Source: an uncultured Myxococcales bacterium
GTDB lineage: Bacteria > Myxococcota_A > Polyangia > Palsa-1104 > JAEUJZ01
DNA length: 64,000 nucleotides
Direction of reading: 5' to 3'
Assembly: GCA_937952145.1 (NCBI GenBank)
Contig: CALFYE010000301.1
Span: 3,362 to 67,361, forward strand
The position numbers and the translations under genes are program-made. Positions 7,625 through 19,490 of the stretch are shown in pieces. Position 1 is the first letter of the stretch, and every line of letters starts with the position of its first letter. The notes beneath the pieces were generated by a model. It worked only from the letters and a program-made list of their open reading frames with translations. It was not told where the DNA came from and made no database searches.

Positions 7625-8860
7625 CTAGACGGCGCGGACCTGCGCCACGCTCTCTGAAATGGCGCGCTTTAGGCGCTCGATGTCGGCGGGTGTCGTATAC
7701 GGCCCCAGCGAGATGCGGATGGCTTGTCGGGCCTGCTCATCCGACTGGCCCAGCGCGAGCAGCACAGGCGATGGCTTGACCGAGCCCGAGCTACAGGCCG
7801 CACCCGTCGATACCGCGATGCCGCGCAGGTCCAGGTTCATCATCAGGAGCTCTCCCTCGACATCCGCGACCGAGAGATTGAGCGTGCCGGGGGCGCGGGG
7901 AGCGTCATCGCCTTGCTGACGGGCGCCGGCGATCTCAAGCTGCAGCTCTGCGGCCAGCTGATCGCGCAGCGGCGGCAGCCTCTGCCATGCCGCCAAGAGC
8001 TCCTGCTGGCAGAGCTGGGCGGCGGCTCCAAAGCCGACGATCCCGAGCAGATTTTCCGTCCCCGGGCGCAGGCCGCGCTCTTGCGGACCGCCACGCAAAA
8101 GCGGGGGCAGATCGGCCAAGCTCGGCAGCGTGCTCGCCGGCGATTTGTGCGCTTCGCGTCGGGGAAGATGTTCGCTGCGGCGCGCGGGGGGGCTGCGGAT
8201 CGTCCGCAGGTACAGCGCACCCACGCCCTTGGGACCGAACAGCTTGTGCGCGGAGATGCTCAGCAGATCGACGGGCAGCCGACTCAGCGACAGCGGCAAA
8301 CGCCCGACGGCCTGGATGGCATCGCAGTGAAAGAGCGCGCCGTGTGCATGCGCGACCTCGGCCAGCTCGGCGATGGGATAGACGTTGCCCAGCTCGTGAT
8401 TGCACAGGGCCAGCGACACCAAATCGGCCGGTTGATCTTTTAGCAGGCGTGCTAATTCATCAACATTGAGCCGACCGCGACCATCGGGGGACAGCTCGCG
8501 CACCTGGCAGCCGTGGTCGGCCAGCGCGGCCAAGGTGGCCCGGATCGAGGGATGTTCCAGCGGGCTGCTGATCACGCCGGCCGGTCGGCCGAGGGTCTGC
8601 TGGACTCTCTGCGCCACCGCAGAGAGAGCTAGGTTATTGGCTTCGGTACCGCCGCTGGTAAAGACCAGCTCACTGGGGTGCGCGTCGATGAGAGAAGCCA
8701 CCTGCTGCCGGGCCCCCTCGATCAGCTGGCGAGCTTGTCGGCCTTCGCGGTGCTGCGACGAAGGATTGCCAAAGCGGGGATCCGCCGCCTGCAGCATCTG
8801 CGCCAGCACCTGCGGATGCAGCGGCGTGGTCGCGTTGTAGTCGCAGTAGAGGCGCTCCAT
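7625..8860 (-). CDS. Cysteine desulfurase, class V aminotransferase (NifS/IscS family)
   Basis: Motifs: YCDYNATTP, FTSGGTEANN, the PLP-lysine motif SISAHKLFGPKGVGALY, GGPQERGLRPGTEN, and the active-site loop STGAACSSG. Confidence 0.9.
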   Translation of the reverse strand: MERLYCDYNATTPLHPQVLAQMLQAADPRFGNPSSQHREGRQARQLIEGARQQVASLIDAHPSELVFTSGGTEANNLALSAVAQRVQQTLGRPAGVISSPLEHPSIRATLAALADHGCQVRELSPDGRGRLNVDELARLLKDQPADLVSLALCNHELGNVYPIAELAEVAHAHGALFHCDAIQAVGRLPLSLSRLPVDLLSISAHKLFGPKGVGALYLRTIRSPPARRSEHLPRREAHKSPASTLPSLADLPPLLRGGPQERGLRPGTENLLGIVGFGAAAQLCQQELLAAWQRLPPLRDQLAAELQLEIAGARQQGDDAPRAPGTLNLSVADVEGELLMMNLDLRGIAVSTGAACSSGSVKPSPVLLALGQSDEQARQAIRISLGPYTTPADIERLKRAISESVAQVRAV

Positions 8861-8925
8861 GCCTGGCTATTTGTCAGAAATCGCCGGCCGGGGAAAGGGG
8901 AACGTGGCGGGCGGAGGATGCGATG

Positions 8926-10281
8926 CTACGGCTTGAGAGAGCTCCAGGCGCCCGCGCTGAACTGCCAGTTGTCGTCGCCCGACAGCGGAGAGCCATCTGC
9001 CGCTTTGCCGGCGACCAGCAGCGAGCCATTGAGCTCTGGCGCGTAGGCCATCGCCGCTGCGCTGCGTGCCGCGGGTGTGGCCGCGGTGGTAAGGGGGGTC
9101 CAGCGATAGTCGATCGGGCTCCAGGTCAGGGCTTCGGCCAGGGGCGCGCCTGCCGTGGTGCCGCCAAACAAAAGCAGCGCCGAGTTGCTGAGATCGAAGC
9201 TGACGGCAAAGTCGCTGCGGCGAATCGGCGCGGTGTTGCCGCCAGGCGGTGGTAGCTCGGTGAAGATGGTGTCGAGCCGCCAGACTTTGAGCGTCGTCGG
9301 GTTGGCTTCGTCGCTGCCAATCAGGAGCACGTAACGCCCATCGAACACCATGCGCGGATTGGCGACGACTGGCGCGGCGGTGCTGAGGGTGCGTGGGGCC
9401 CAGGTGCTGCTGTCGCCCACCAGCTCCCAGACGTCGCTGAGCGGCTGCGGCTGGCTGGCGTTGCGACCTCCATACAGCACGAGCGTGTCGGTGCGCCGAT
9501 CGTAGGCCAGGGCGGATCCGCTGCGCGGCGATGGGGCGGTCGGCTGGTTGATGCTGCTCCAGGCGCCGGTCTGATCGAGGACCCACAGATCGTCTAGCGA
9601 CTTGTTGCTGCTGTCGGGGGCCTGGCCACCGAAGAGGGCGATGGCGCGGCGGCGGGCGTGGTAGGCCAGCTGACCGGCACGCGCGCTGGGATGATTGAGT
9701 CCGCGCAGTGGCTGCCAGCGCTTCTCGGCAGCGAGAAACTCCCAGGTGTCGTCGAGCGGCTTGGTCTGCGCGTCGATGCCGCCGAACATGATGAGGCTGC
9801 GCCGCTCCGGGAAATAGGCCAGGCCAGCGCTGTGGCGTGCCGCGGGGATTCCGCTGGAGAGCGTGGCCGCATTGCCAATGTCGGAGCTGAGGTTGAGCGT
9901 CAGGCGCTTGTGCTGCCCGGCGGGTACGGTGTCGCCCCCCTGGGCTCGCAGGCGCGGGCTGCCCGCGAGCTCGGCGATGACGTCGAGGTCGACGCGTCCA
10001 CCGCGATCACCCAAGAGCACGCTGAAGGTGATCGGGAAGCTCACGCTCTGCGTCGCTCCGCCGGGTGGCTTGCTGACGCGCTCGACCGGGACGTTGCCAT
10101 CGATGCCGACAAGCACGCGCAGTCGATCGCTGCTCTGGTCGCTGCCCGCTTCCAGGCGGACGCTGAGACAGCTCTGGCTGATGCCCTCGCAGATATCCGA
10201 GCTACAGCCGGGCAGCAGGCTGCCAAGCAGGGCGCTAGCAGCAAGTGCAGCCCGACGAGTCCAGGCGTGAGATTGCTTCAT
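8926..10281 (-). CDS. Kelch-repeat (beta-propeller) lipoprotein
   Basis: Lipobox SLLPGCSS. Kelch-like blades recur, ending in LIMFGGID, AIALFGGQ, LVLYGGRN and ALLLFGGTT, each followed by W-containing strands. The start overlaps the upstream gene's stop as ATGA (10278-10281). Confidence 0.75.
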   Translation of the reverse strand: MKQSHAWTRRAALAASALLGSLLPGCSSDICEGISQSCLSVRLEAGSDQSSDRLRVLVGIDGNVPVERVSKPPGGATQSVSFPITFSVLLGDRGGRVDLDVIAELAGSPRLRAQGGDTVPAGQHKRLTLNLSSDIGNAATLSSGIPAARHSAGLAYFPERRSLIMFGGIDAQTKPLDDTWEFLAAEKRWQPLRGLNHPSARAGQLAYHARRRAIALFGGQAPDSSNKSLDDLWVLDQTGAWSSINQPTAPSPRSGSALAYDRRTDTLVLYGGRNASQPQPLSDVWELVGDSSTWAPRTLSTAAPVVANPRMVFDGRYVLLIGSDEANPTTLKVWRLDTIFTELPPPGGNTAPIRRSDFAVSFDLSNSALLLFGGTTAGAPLAEALTWSPIDYRWTPLTTAATPAARSAAAMAYAPELNGSLLVAGKAADGSPLSGDDNWQFSAGAWSSLKP

Positions 10282-10871
10282 GGGGTCACCGGCTCGAAGA
10301 CATTGGCCTGCGCTCCACGCGTCCCGAAATACACACCCAGCCCGACGGCGACACCGACTACGACGGCGCCACCCACGACGCCGAGCACAATCGGCAGGAG
10401 CTTCTTGTTGCGGCTTTTTCCGTCGCTGGCACTGCCGCCGTTGAGGAGCGGCGCCGGCGCTGGCTCAGCCAGGTTCTCGCTACCCGGCGGCACGTACAGC
10501 GTCGAGTAAAACGCCGGTCCGAGCTGCTGTTCGAGGGCCGCGATGCGCTCCTCAACCTCGGCACGGTTTGGGGCGGTGGGGCTCTCGCGCAGATAGCGGC
10601 GATACATGCTCAGCGCTTTTTCGGGCGCACCGGCGAGACGGTGGGCCTGCGCGATGTTGTACAAGAACACCGGCTGCGGAATCAGGCGGTAGCCACCTTC
10701 CCATTCGGAGATGGCCTGCGCGTACTCCTTGGCCTGATAGCTCTTCATGCCGCGGCCGAAGGCTTGGCCGGCCTGGGCCTTGGTCTCTGCGCTGGGCTCT
10801 TCGGCCCAAGCGGGCTCACTGACTAGCGTGACCCCGAGGAGCAGCAGCAGCGCTGCGATAATCGTTTTCAC
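10278..10871 (-). CDS. TPR-like secreted protein with a C-terminal membrane anchor
   Basis: Signal peptide MKTIIAALLLLLGVTLVSEPAWA. A TPR-like helix pair is present (YAQAISEWEGGYRL...FLYNIAQAHRLAGAPEKALSMYRRYL). The C-terminal TM segment is LLPIVLGVVGGAVVVGVAVGLGVYF. The gene is translationally coupled to the Kelch gene. Confidence 0.7.
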   Translation of the reverse strand: MKTIIAALLLLLGVTLVSEPAWAEEPSAETKAQAGQAFGRGMKSYQAKEYAQAISEWEGGYRLIPQPVFLYNIAQAHRLAGAPEKALSMYRRYLRESPTAPNRAEVEERIAALEQQLGPAFYSTLYVPPGSENLAEPAPAPLLNGGSASDGKSRNKKLLPIVLGVVGGAVVVGVAVGLGVYFGTRGAQANVFEPVTP

Positions 10872-10910
10872 GGCTTACAGTACCACGTACCCTAGCGCCC
10901 CGTATAGCTC

Positions 10911-11863
10911 TTGTCCGACGCGCCGAAACATTGCCAGGAAGGGTCGTCTGCCGAGTCGCCACAGCTTGCGGCAGCCGACCAGCGAGCGGGGGCCGCAACG
11001 CCGCTTGGCAGCGAGCCAGGCAGCGCGCTCTTGCTGTTTGCCGTCACGCTGCTTCTGCTCATCGTCATCGGCAGCTTGTCGCAGGCGTATCGCCCGGGGC
11101 CGCTTGGCACCGCGCTGACCGAAATCCTGGCCATCCTGCTGCCCGCGCTGATTTTTTCGCGCGCCCGACGGCGACATGCCCTGGTGGCGCTGCGCCTGGC
11201 GCCGTTTTCGTCGGCGGTCCTGTGGGCGCTCGGGGGCGGCATGGTGTTTGGCATCGCCTGGTTCTATGGCCTGGCGGCCTACGTCGAGCCGCTGTGGGAG
11301 CGAGTCGTTCCTGTGCCCGAGAGCGAGCGAGCCCAGCTTCTGCGTCTGCTGCGCCCCGCGGGGGGGCTGCGTCCGCTGTGGCTAGACCTGCTGTGCTTTG
11401 CGGCGGTGCCCGCGCTGTGCGAAGAGGTGCTGTTTCGCGGCGCGCTGCTGCCGCTACTGCCCCCCGCCTTCGAGCCGCTGTGGCGAGGACGACGGGCTCC
11501 CGGCTTCGCCGCGGCGCTGCCGGTTCTGGCCTGTGCCCTGCTGTTCGGGGTCTTCCACCTGTCGCTGTCCAAGCTGTTTCCGACGGCGGTGCTGGGCCTG
11601 GGCTTTGGCTGGGCGGCGCTGGCCAGCCGTTCGCTGTGGGCCGCCATCGCCATGCACTTTACGAACAATGCGCTGGTGGTGGTGCTGACGCGGGCTGGCC
11701 TGGATGAGAGCCTCGCGGGTCGCAGCGAGCTGTCGAGCCCCCTTCAGCTTGCGCTGCAGCTTGTGCTCTTGCTTCCGACCTGTGCCGTGGCTTGGCTGGG
11801 GCTGCGCATGCTGCGTCAGGCGAGCCAGGCCGCCCGCCTGTCCGTCGCTGCGACCGACGACGA

Positions 11864-11867
<4 letters not shown>
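10911..11867 (+). CDS. CPBP (CAAX-type) intramembrane metalloprotease family protein
   Basis: The protein is multi-TM. CPBP motifs are present: CEEVLFRGALLP (EExxxR), FGVFH and AMHFTNNA. The TTG start at 10911 is uncertain. Confidence 0.8.
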
Positions 11868-13375
<1,508 letters not shown>

Positions 13376-13415
13376 CTTCCATCCCCCCTCGATTCTGGTG
13401 GCGGTTGCGCTGCGG

Positions 13416-13922
13416 CTAGCCCCCGGCGAACTTGGCGAGGGCGAACGTCGCCATGACCTTGTCGTTGGTGTTGCGCAGGCGCTCTGACAGGGTCAGCACA
13501 AAGTTCCACAGCAGGGACACGGTCATCTCGCGATCGTCGTGCATCGCCTGGTGCAGATCGGCGATGCGGATGGCCTGCAGCACGCAGGTGGTGTGGGCCA
13601 TGGCCTGCGCGGCGCGCGGGATGGGCTCGAAGATCTCCATCTCGCCGAAGTAGCTGCCCTTCTCTAGGATCGCCAGGGCCTCTTCGCCCATGCCGGGGAT
13701 GATGCGCGAGATACGAATGCGTCCCTGCTGAATGATGTAGAAGAAGCCGGGCTCGTCGCCCTCGTGAAAGAGGATCTCGCCAGGCTGCAGGCGGATCTCG
13801 GTACAGATCGATTCAATGTGCTTAAGCTGCTCGGGAGTCAGGTTGCTGAAAAGTCCGATATGACTGAGAAAGCTTTCCATGCTGGGGGCCTCATAGCGAT
13901 GCGGAAAAGGTTCCGCGATCAT
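13416..13922 (-). CDS. Cyclic-nucleotide-binding (cNMP) domain protein
   Basis: cNMP-binding fold motifs: GEILFHEGDEPGFFYIIQQGRIRISR...GSYFGEMEIF. An alternative ATG at 13880 (MESFLSHIG) is at least as plausible as 13922. The gene lies 40 nt upstream of the FHA/sigma-54 activator on the same strand. Confidence 0.8.
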   Translation of the reverse strand: MIAEPFPHRYEAPSMESFLSHIGLFSNLTPEQLKHIESICTEIRLQPGEILFHEGDEPGFFYIIQQGRIRISRIIPGMGEEALAILEKGSYFGEMEIFEPIPRAAQAMAHTTCVLQAIRIADLHQAMHDDREMTVSLLWNFVLTLSERLRNTNDKVMATFALAKFAGG

Positions 13923-14062
13923 TCACTAGAGTAGAGGCCCAGCGATTTTTTTGGGGAGCAATTCGGTGTTCCGGCGGTTCGGCCGGTGGCGGGCTGGCGG
14001 GGGCTGCGGGGCAGAGGTGAGAAGGAGCGTCCGGAGGCAGTGCGCTCGGAGGCGGCGCGCGA

Positions 14063-16948
14063 TCAGATGCGGTAGCGCAGGATGACCTGAGCGTTGAGAT
14101 TATCGAGGCGACCGCTGATCGTGCCGAAGGTGTTGCCGGTGCGTGCATCGAGGCTGGTTGGCGTACCGCCGCCGATCACGTTGTAGATCATGACCATCAG
14201 ATCGATGCGCTGACCGAGCAGCTTTTCTAGCGAGAACGAGCCCTGCAGATCGATCGTGAACTGATCGGGGAGCTTGAACTCGGACCAGGCGGTGGGGTCG
14301 TTGCTGCGCGCGCCGATGTTGGTGCCACGCGGCGAGCGATAGAGGCTGAAACTGTTGTCTTCCGGGCTCTGGAAGATGCGCCACTGCGGGGCACCGGTGC
14401 GGTACTGCATGCGCACGCTGACGTTCAGACCAAAGCCGAACGAGTAGTCGATCGCGCCCTTGAGCGTGTGGCGATAGTTGTCCGACAGCGCGCCGTAGTA
14501 GAGCGAGTTCAGGCGAGCGTTCTGACGGAACGCGCTGAAGTAGTCGCTGACCGTGCCCTCGGAAAAGGCCAGCGTGTACGAGGCGACGACGCCGAAGTTG
14601 CCAGGGTTGCCCTGCACCCAGAAGTCGAGACCGTGATAGGTGCGCTGGGCATCGTCGGGCGTGGCGGCTTCGTAGATTCGGCGACGCATGCCGTCGGCAT
14701 AGCCGATGACGCGCAGGCCGGCGGGATCCCAGATCTGATTGATCTCGTCGTTGGTCCACAGGTGATCGTACAGGCGATAGGTGTAGTCGAGGCCGACCAC
14801 CGTCTGCTCGATGACTTCGCGGCGGATGCCCAGGCCGACTTCGTCGAGCGAGGGGGGCTGGACGCTCTCGGCGAAGCGCTGACCACCGGCGCCGCCCGAC
14901 ATGTTCTGCACGACGAACTGATTGACGTCCTTGCCGGTGACCGGGTCCTTGCCCACCCAGCGCTTCAGCGTCGAGTTCTGGAATGGATTGCCCTGATCGG
15001 CGATGTAGGCGTTGCCGACATCGTTGTGACGGCCGTAGTGCGCCGACAGCAGCGTGCTGCGATCGTGGAACAGGTCGTAGACCAAGGACAGGCGCGGGCC
15101 GAGACCGATCAGCGTGCCGAGCTTTTTGCCCTCGAAGTCGTAGAGCAGGCCGGTGTCAAAGCGCATGCCGGGGACGACGGTGAGGAAGCGTTTGATGGTC
15201 CAGCGATCCTGCAGGAACAGGCCGATGTTGTAAGCCTCGGCGGTCGTCTGCCAGCCGTCGCCAGGGCGACCGCCTTGGGGCAGGCTCTGCGGGTACTCGG
15301 TGACCTGATTGCAGCTGGTGTAGGTCGAGGGATCGCTGGGGTTGCAGCCGAGTCCGGGGATGTTGTCGGTGAAGCGCAGACCGCCGGCCACGCCGACGGT
15401 GTGGCTGTAGCGCATGTACGCGAACTGCAGGCCGCCTTTGATGTTGTGCGAGCCGCTCTTGTTCGTCGTGCTGTAGAGGATCGTCGGGTCGGCTTGGATG
15501 CGGTACTTCGTCTCGTCGTTCCAGCCACCCGAGCTATTGCCGTAGGTGACGCCGTTGAATTGATCGGCGGTGCGCAGCGTGCGCGACGGTGTGATGCGAT
15601 CGAACGATCCATCTTCAGTGCGGCGCTGCGTATCGTCGAGGCTGCGTTTGGTCGTAAAGCCCGCCTGCATCTGGAACAGCCACTTCGAGGACAGCGCGCT
15701 GTCGATGAGCAGCACCAGCCACTCGCCGCCGCGGTCGACCATGCGCTCGGCATCATCGGTGACGGTGGTCGAAAGCAGGCTGTTTTGGATCTGGTTGCGG
15801 TCGATGTTGAACGACAGCGAGATACGCGTCGACGCCGTGGCCTGAAACGTCAGCTTGGCGCGCCCAAGATAGGTGTAGGTGTAGCGATAGCGATCGGTGT
15901 CCTCGTTCGTCCCGTTCCACGGGAAGGGCGGGATCGTCGCCATGGCGCGGTTGTAGTTGAACTGGAACGAGGTGAAAAACCACAGCCGGTCTTTGACGAT
16001 CGGGCCGCCAAGGTTGGCGTTGATCGAGTAGAAGTCGCGCACTGCCGGCGGTCGATCGTCGTAGAGCAGCGTGCCGTTCTGCTGCGGAAGCTGCGCGCCG
16101 TAGCGGATGTTGGAGTTGAACGCCGTCGGCTGGAAGGTGAAGCTGGCGTCGAGCGAGAACTTGTTGCCACCCGATCGGGTGACCATGTTCTGCACCAGGC
16201 CCAGGCTGTTGTATTCGGCGTCCATGGCGCCGGTGAACAAGCTGAACTGCTCGACCGCGTCGAAGTTCATCGGCGAGCTGATGCCGCCGGTGACGATGTC
16301 GCTGGTGTCTAGACCATCGACGAGGTAGCGGGTATAGCGCGACAGACCGCCGCGCACTGACGGCGAATTGCCAGGACCGACGCCAGGGGCAAGCTGCGAC
16401 ATCGCCTGCACCTGACGGAACACCGGCGTGCGCTGCACCTTGGTGTTGTCGAGTACGGTGGTGGCGACAGCGCTCTCGGGATTGAGTACCGGGTTGCGCT
16501 TTTCGACGATCTTGGTGGTCTGCGTGATCTGCCCGACCTCCAGGATGACGTCGACGGGCGCTAGCTGGCCGGCGAGCACGCTGATGCCGCGCTGTTCGAT
16601 GGGCGCGAAGCCCTCGACGCGAATGCTGAGCGTGTAGGTGCCGGGGGGCAGGCTGTCGAAGCGATAGCCGCCATCGTCCTGCGTGGTGGCCGTCTTCTGA
16701 CCGCCGAGCAGCGCACGGCTAGAGATGGTCACCGGGATGCCAGCGAGACCTTCTTTGGCGCCGCCGCCGGTACTGATCTGCACGACACCGCCGAGCCGGC
16801 CGGTGACTTCGCCGATGGCCCAAGCATCGCTGGAAAGTAGTAGGAGGGGGAGCCCGGCGAGCGATGACCCGAGCACTCCGAGGAGCGGCAGGGTGAGCCG
16901 AGTCAGACGGCGACCAGGCATGGAAAACTGCGAGCGAGGAGTCGGCAT
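14063..16948 (-). CDS. Oar-like TonB-dependent outer-membrane receptor with an N-terminal carboxypeptidase-regulatory-like domain
   Basis: There is a signal peptide. It is followed by a CarboxypepD_reg-like segment (GIPVTISS...TTQDDGGYRFDSLPPGTYTLSIRVEGF), a plug-like segment (VRGGLSRYTRYLVDGLDTSD...AEYNSLG...VTRSGGN) and about 700 aa of alternating beta-barrel-type sequence. Confidence 0.85.
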   Translation of the reverse strand: MPTPRSQFSMPGRRLTRLTLPLLGVLGSSLAGLPLLLLSSDAWAIGEVTGRLGGVVQISTGGGAKEGLAGIPVTISSRALLGGQKTATTQDDGGYRFDSLPPGTYTLSIRVEGFAPIEQRGISVLAGQLAPVDVILEVGQITQTTKIVEKRNPVLNPESAVATTVLDNTKVQRTPVFRQVQAMSQLAPGVGPGNSPSVRGGLSRYTRYLVDGLDTSDIVTGGISSPMNFDAVEQFSLFTGAMDAEYNSLGLVQNMVTRSGGNKFSLDASFTFQPTAFNSNIRYGAQLPQQNGTLLYDDRPPAVRDFYSINANLGGPIVKDRLWFFTSFQFNYNRAMATIPPFPWNGTNEDTDRYRYTYTYLGRAKLTFQATASTRISLSFNIDRNQIQNSLLSTTVTDDAERMVDRGGEWLVLLIDSALSSKWLFQMQAGFTTKRSLDDTQRRTEDGSFDRITPSRTLRTADQFNGVTYGNSSGGWNDETKYRIQADPTILYSTTNKSGSHNIKGGLQFAYMRYSHTVGVAGGLRFTDNIPGLGCNPSDPSTYTSCNQVTEYPQSLPQGGRPGDGWQTTAEAYNIGLFLQDRWTIKRFLTVVPGMRFDTGLLYDFEGKKLGTLIGLGPRLSLVYDLFHDRSTLLSAHYGRHNDVGNAYIADQGNPFQNSTLKRWVGKDPVTGKDVNQFVVQNMSGGAGGQRFAESVQPPSLDEVGLGIRREVIEQTVVGLDYTYRLYDHLWTNDEINQIWDPAGLRVIGYADGMRRRIYEAATPDDAQRTYHGLDFWVQGNPGNFGVVASYTLAFSEGTVSDYFSAFRQNARLNSLYYGALSDNYRHTLKGAIDYSFGFGLNVSVRMQYRTGAPQWRIFQSPEDNSFSLYRSPRGTNIGARSNDPTAWSEFKLPDQFTIDLQGSFSLEKLLGQRIDLMVMIYNVIGGGTPTSLDARTGNTFGTISGRLDNLNAQVILRYRI

Positions 16949-16950
16949 GG

Positions 16951-18399
16951 TTACTGCGACTTCTTTTGGAACAGGCAGTGGACGTAGATGGCGGGAATCG
17001 GCTTGCCCATGGCGTCGGTCGTGAGCACAGCGCCGGGTGCCGCCTTGATCTCGGCGGCGCTACACAGCGGTCGCGGAGCGATGGTGTCGGATTCAAGGCG
17101 CGTGCAGCTGGCAGCGAGTTTTTTCTTGTCGAAGTAACGCAGGCGACACACCGGCGAGAAGTCGGGGTCGGCGGGCGTGCTGGCAAAGACCGCCATGATG
17201 TCGGCGGTGCGCGTCTTTTTCGGATCGGTGCTGTCTTTGAGCTCGATGGTCGCGCTGGGGATGGGGTTTGACGTGGCCGCGACCGGCACCTCGTCACTGG
17301 CCACGAAGAGCTCGTTGAGCTTCGGGCAGACCGGAATCGGCGCCAGGCAGCGACCGCTGCTGCAGATCTCGTTGGCGGCAGCGTTGCAGTCGCTGGGCAT
17401 GGTGCAGCTCTTGCCGGTCGGAACACGCAGGATGTCGGCGCAGGCGGCCGGATCGGTGGTCACTGGCAGGGTGCCTCCGTCGAGATATCCACCCAGCAGG
17501 CCACGCAGCCAGTGCTGCGAGGGGAACTGGAAGCTGGCATCGGGATCGCCGGGGAAGCGGGGATACTTGGCGCTGCTGCCAGTGACGAATGGGCACGAGT
17601 CGCCGGCGATCGGCGTCTTCATGAGGACGGTGGCCACGCTCATCATCGGCCAGTCCTTGAAGGTCACCTTGTCGCTGCGTAGCTCGTCGCGGCTGGGGAA
17701 GCGGAAGTCGAAGTTGAAGGGGGCGCCGTCGGGGAAGGTCTTCTGTTCGCGGCTCCAGCCGGCGCGCTCGAGCAGCGAGCGCTCGCTCTTGATGTCGTTG
17801 CAGCCCATGCGGCCGCGGATCGAGTCGCGCAGCGTGACGGGCACGACCATCTGGAAGGGGCGATAGGTGCCGACAGAGGTGGGCTCGGCGGAGCTGCCGG
17901 CGCGCGTGGGATCGGTGCCGTAGGCGACGACGGGGTACTGGCGATCGGTCAGGTAGTTATTGGCCTGCGCGCTGTAGTTGCTGGGGCTAATCGCCTCGGC
18001 CCGGCCTTCGCCCCCGTCGCAGCCGCTGATCTCGTAGACGGTGGGCGGTAGGGCCTTGGTCGCGTCGGCGGCGTTGCTCACGTCAAGCTGACTGCTGCTT
18101 AGCCCGCCGAGATACCACCAAGTCTGTCCATCGATGCCGCCGCTGCCACCACCAAAGCCGCGGCGCGGGGCGAGGCAGGGATACAGGCTGTTGGGCCAGG
18201 TGCTCTTGGCCGGGCCACCAAACGCTGTATCAAAGCCGCTGGGATCGATAGTGCCCTGATAGGGGTCGGGCGGAACGAGGTCGCTGCAGCCCACCGCAAG
18301 CGCCGCCAGAGCGGAGAGCGCGGGGACCACCCGACCACAGGCGTTGACAGTGACGGAAAGCAGGTGAGATCGGCACGCCGAAGCACGCAGCATAGGCAT
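16951..18399 (-). CDS. Lipoprotein of unknown function
   Basis: Lipobox LAALAVGCSD. GC3-rich coding pattern. The stop lies 2 nt before the TonB-dependent receptor start codon. I recognise no motif. Confidence 0.6.
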   Translation of the reverse strand: MPMLRASACRSHLLSVTVNACGRVVPALSALAALAVGCSDLVPPDPYQGTIDPSGFDTAFGGPAKSTWPNSLYPCLAPRRGFGGGSGGIDGQTWWYLGGLSSSQLDVSNAADATKALPPTVYEISGCDGGEGRAEAISPSNYSAQANNYLTDRQYPVVAYGTDPTRAGSSAEPTSVGTYRPFQMVVPVTLRDSIRGRMGCNDIKSERSLLERAGWSREQKTFPDGAPFNFDFRFPSRDELRSDKVTFKDWPMMSVATVLMKTPIAGDSCPFVTGSSAKYPRFPGDPDASFQFPSQHWLRGLLGGYLDGGTLPVTTDPAACADILRVPTGKSCTMPSDCNAAANEICSSGRCLAPIPVCPKLNELFVASDEVPVAATSNPIPSATIELKDSTDPKKTRTADIMAVFASTPADPDFSPVCRLRYFDKKKLAASCTRLESDTIAPRPLCSAAEIKAAPGAVLTTDAMGKPIPAIYVHCLFQKKSQ

Positions 18400-18496
18400 G
18401 CGCCGCGTTTACCACGCCGACGCGGGGTCGCTCAACGCATTTACGAGCTTGCCGGGATGAGGGCTGAAGGTCAGCTGGAGCCGGCGGGGGGCAGAG

Positions 18497-19366
18497 CTAT
18501 AGATCGTCGCAGGGGGTGCCGAGGCGCTCGCCGGCGTAGACGCCGAGCTCGGTGTAGATCATCGCCAGGTTCTCATCGACGGGCACGGGCAGCAGAGTGC
18601 TGGTCTTGCCCTTCTGAATCCAGACCGGCTCCTTCTTGCCCAGGACCATGCGCATGCTGCCCGTCGCCGTCGAGAAGACGTCCCCCTCGGAGTCCGAAAC
18701 GACGTTGGTCATCTTTTGCAGCTTGAGGTTGCCTTTGGGGCCGACGAAGAGGCGGAAGTTGCGGCTCTCGCTGCGGTCGGCCTGGTGGCGATCGACGTAG
18801 CCGCGATCGACGTAGTAGTAGACGCCGGCGGAGTTGCGGGCGAGGGCATAGGCCTGCCACTTCCGCGGGCTGCCTTCAAACTGGGCGGCTGCCAGCAGAG
18901 GTCGGGCGGTGGCGGGGGCGACGACCGTAAGTGGCGTGGTGGTCTTGCCGCAGGTGACGGTGTACTTGCCGTCCTGCATGGCAAGCTCGCTGCGCTGGGT
19001 GAAGCCGATGTAGTAGCGAGGATCGACGAAGGTGGTGTTGAAGCGCTCTTTGCCGACGGCGCCGCCGCCCTGGATGGGGACGGCGAAGAAGCGCTTGCCA
19101 TCGCCGTAGAACAGCGAGTCGTCGTTGCGCACGAAGGGCTCGACCGCGATGTAGTGCGACTTGCCGTCGGTGAGGAGCAGCAGCTTGTCGCGGGCCGGCT
19201 TCGGTGCCGCCGGTGCGGGGCCATCCGCAAGGGCCGGAGTGACGGTCGGGGCGGTTCGCCAGCCCGCCTGCCAGCCGGGGAAAAACGCGCAAGCCGCCAT
19301 GAGGGCCCAGCCCGCGCCCCGGTAGGCTTGGCGGGTCGATCGGGACAAAGAGAGCTTTTGCAGCAT
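18497..19366 (-). CDS. Secreted protein of unknown function
   Basis: The N-terminus has a hydrophobic segment (GWALMAACAFFPGW) and a Pro/Ala linker. The sequence is non-repetitive and globular-looking. No motif recognised. Confidence 0.6.
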   Translation of the reverse strand: MLQKLSLSRSTRQAYRGAGWALMAACAFFPGWQAGWRTAPTVTPALADGPAPAAPKPARDKLLLLTDGKSHYIAVEPFVRNDDSLFYGDGKRFFAVPIQGGGAVGKERFNTTFVDPRYYIGFTQRSELAMQDGKYTVTCGKTTTPLTVVAPATARPLLAAAQFEGSPRKWQAYALARNSAGVYYYVDRGYVDRHQADRSESRNFRLFVGPKGNLKLQKMTNVVSDSEGDVFSTATGSMRMVLGKKEPVWIQKGKTSTLLPVPVDENLAMIYTELGVYAGERLGTPCDDL

Positions 19367-19490
19367 GCTTCGCAGTATAGCCGCATTGCCAGCCGGTCCG
19401 GTGGCCGAGCATCGTCGAGCAGATGGCTAGAGAGGATAGGGGGAGACCCAGGGAGGCGAGCGGTGCGAAGAGTCGTCCGGGCCGCCTGGC

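Noticed and set aside
14468-16312. A 614-aa ORF on the + strand, plus several 60-220-aa ORFs, opposite the TonB-dependent receptor gene.
   Set aside because: It is a shadow ORF typical of high-GC DNA. The product is Ala/Arg/Gly/Val-rich and low-complexity with no motifs. The minus strand encodes a full signal peptide, CarboxypepD_reg domain, plug and barrel protein.
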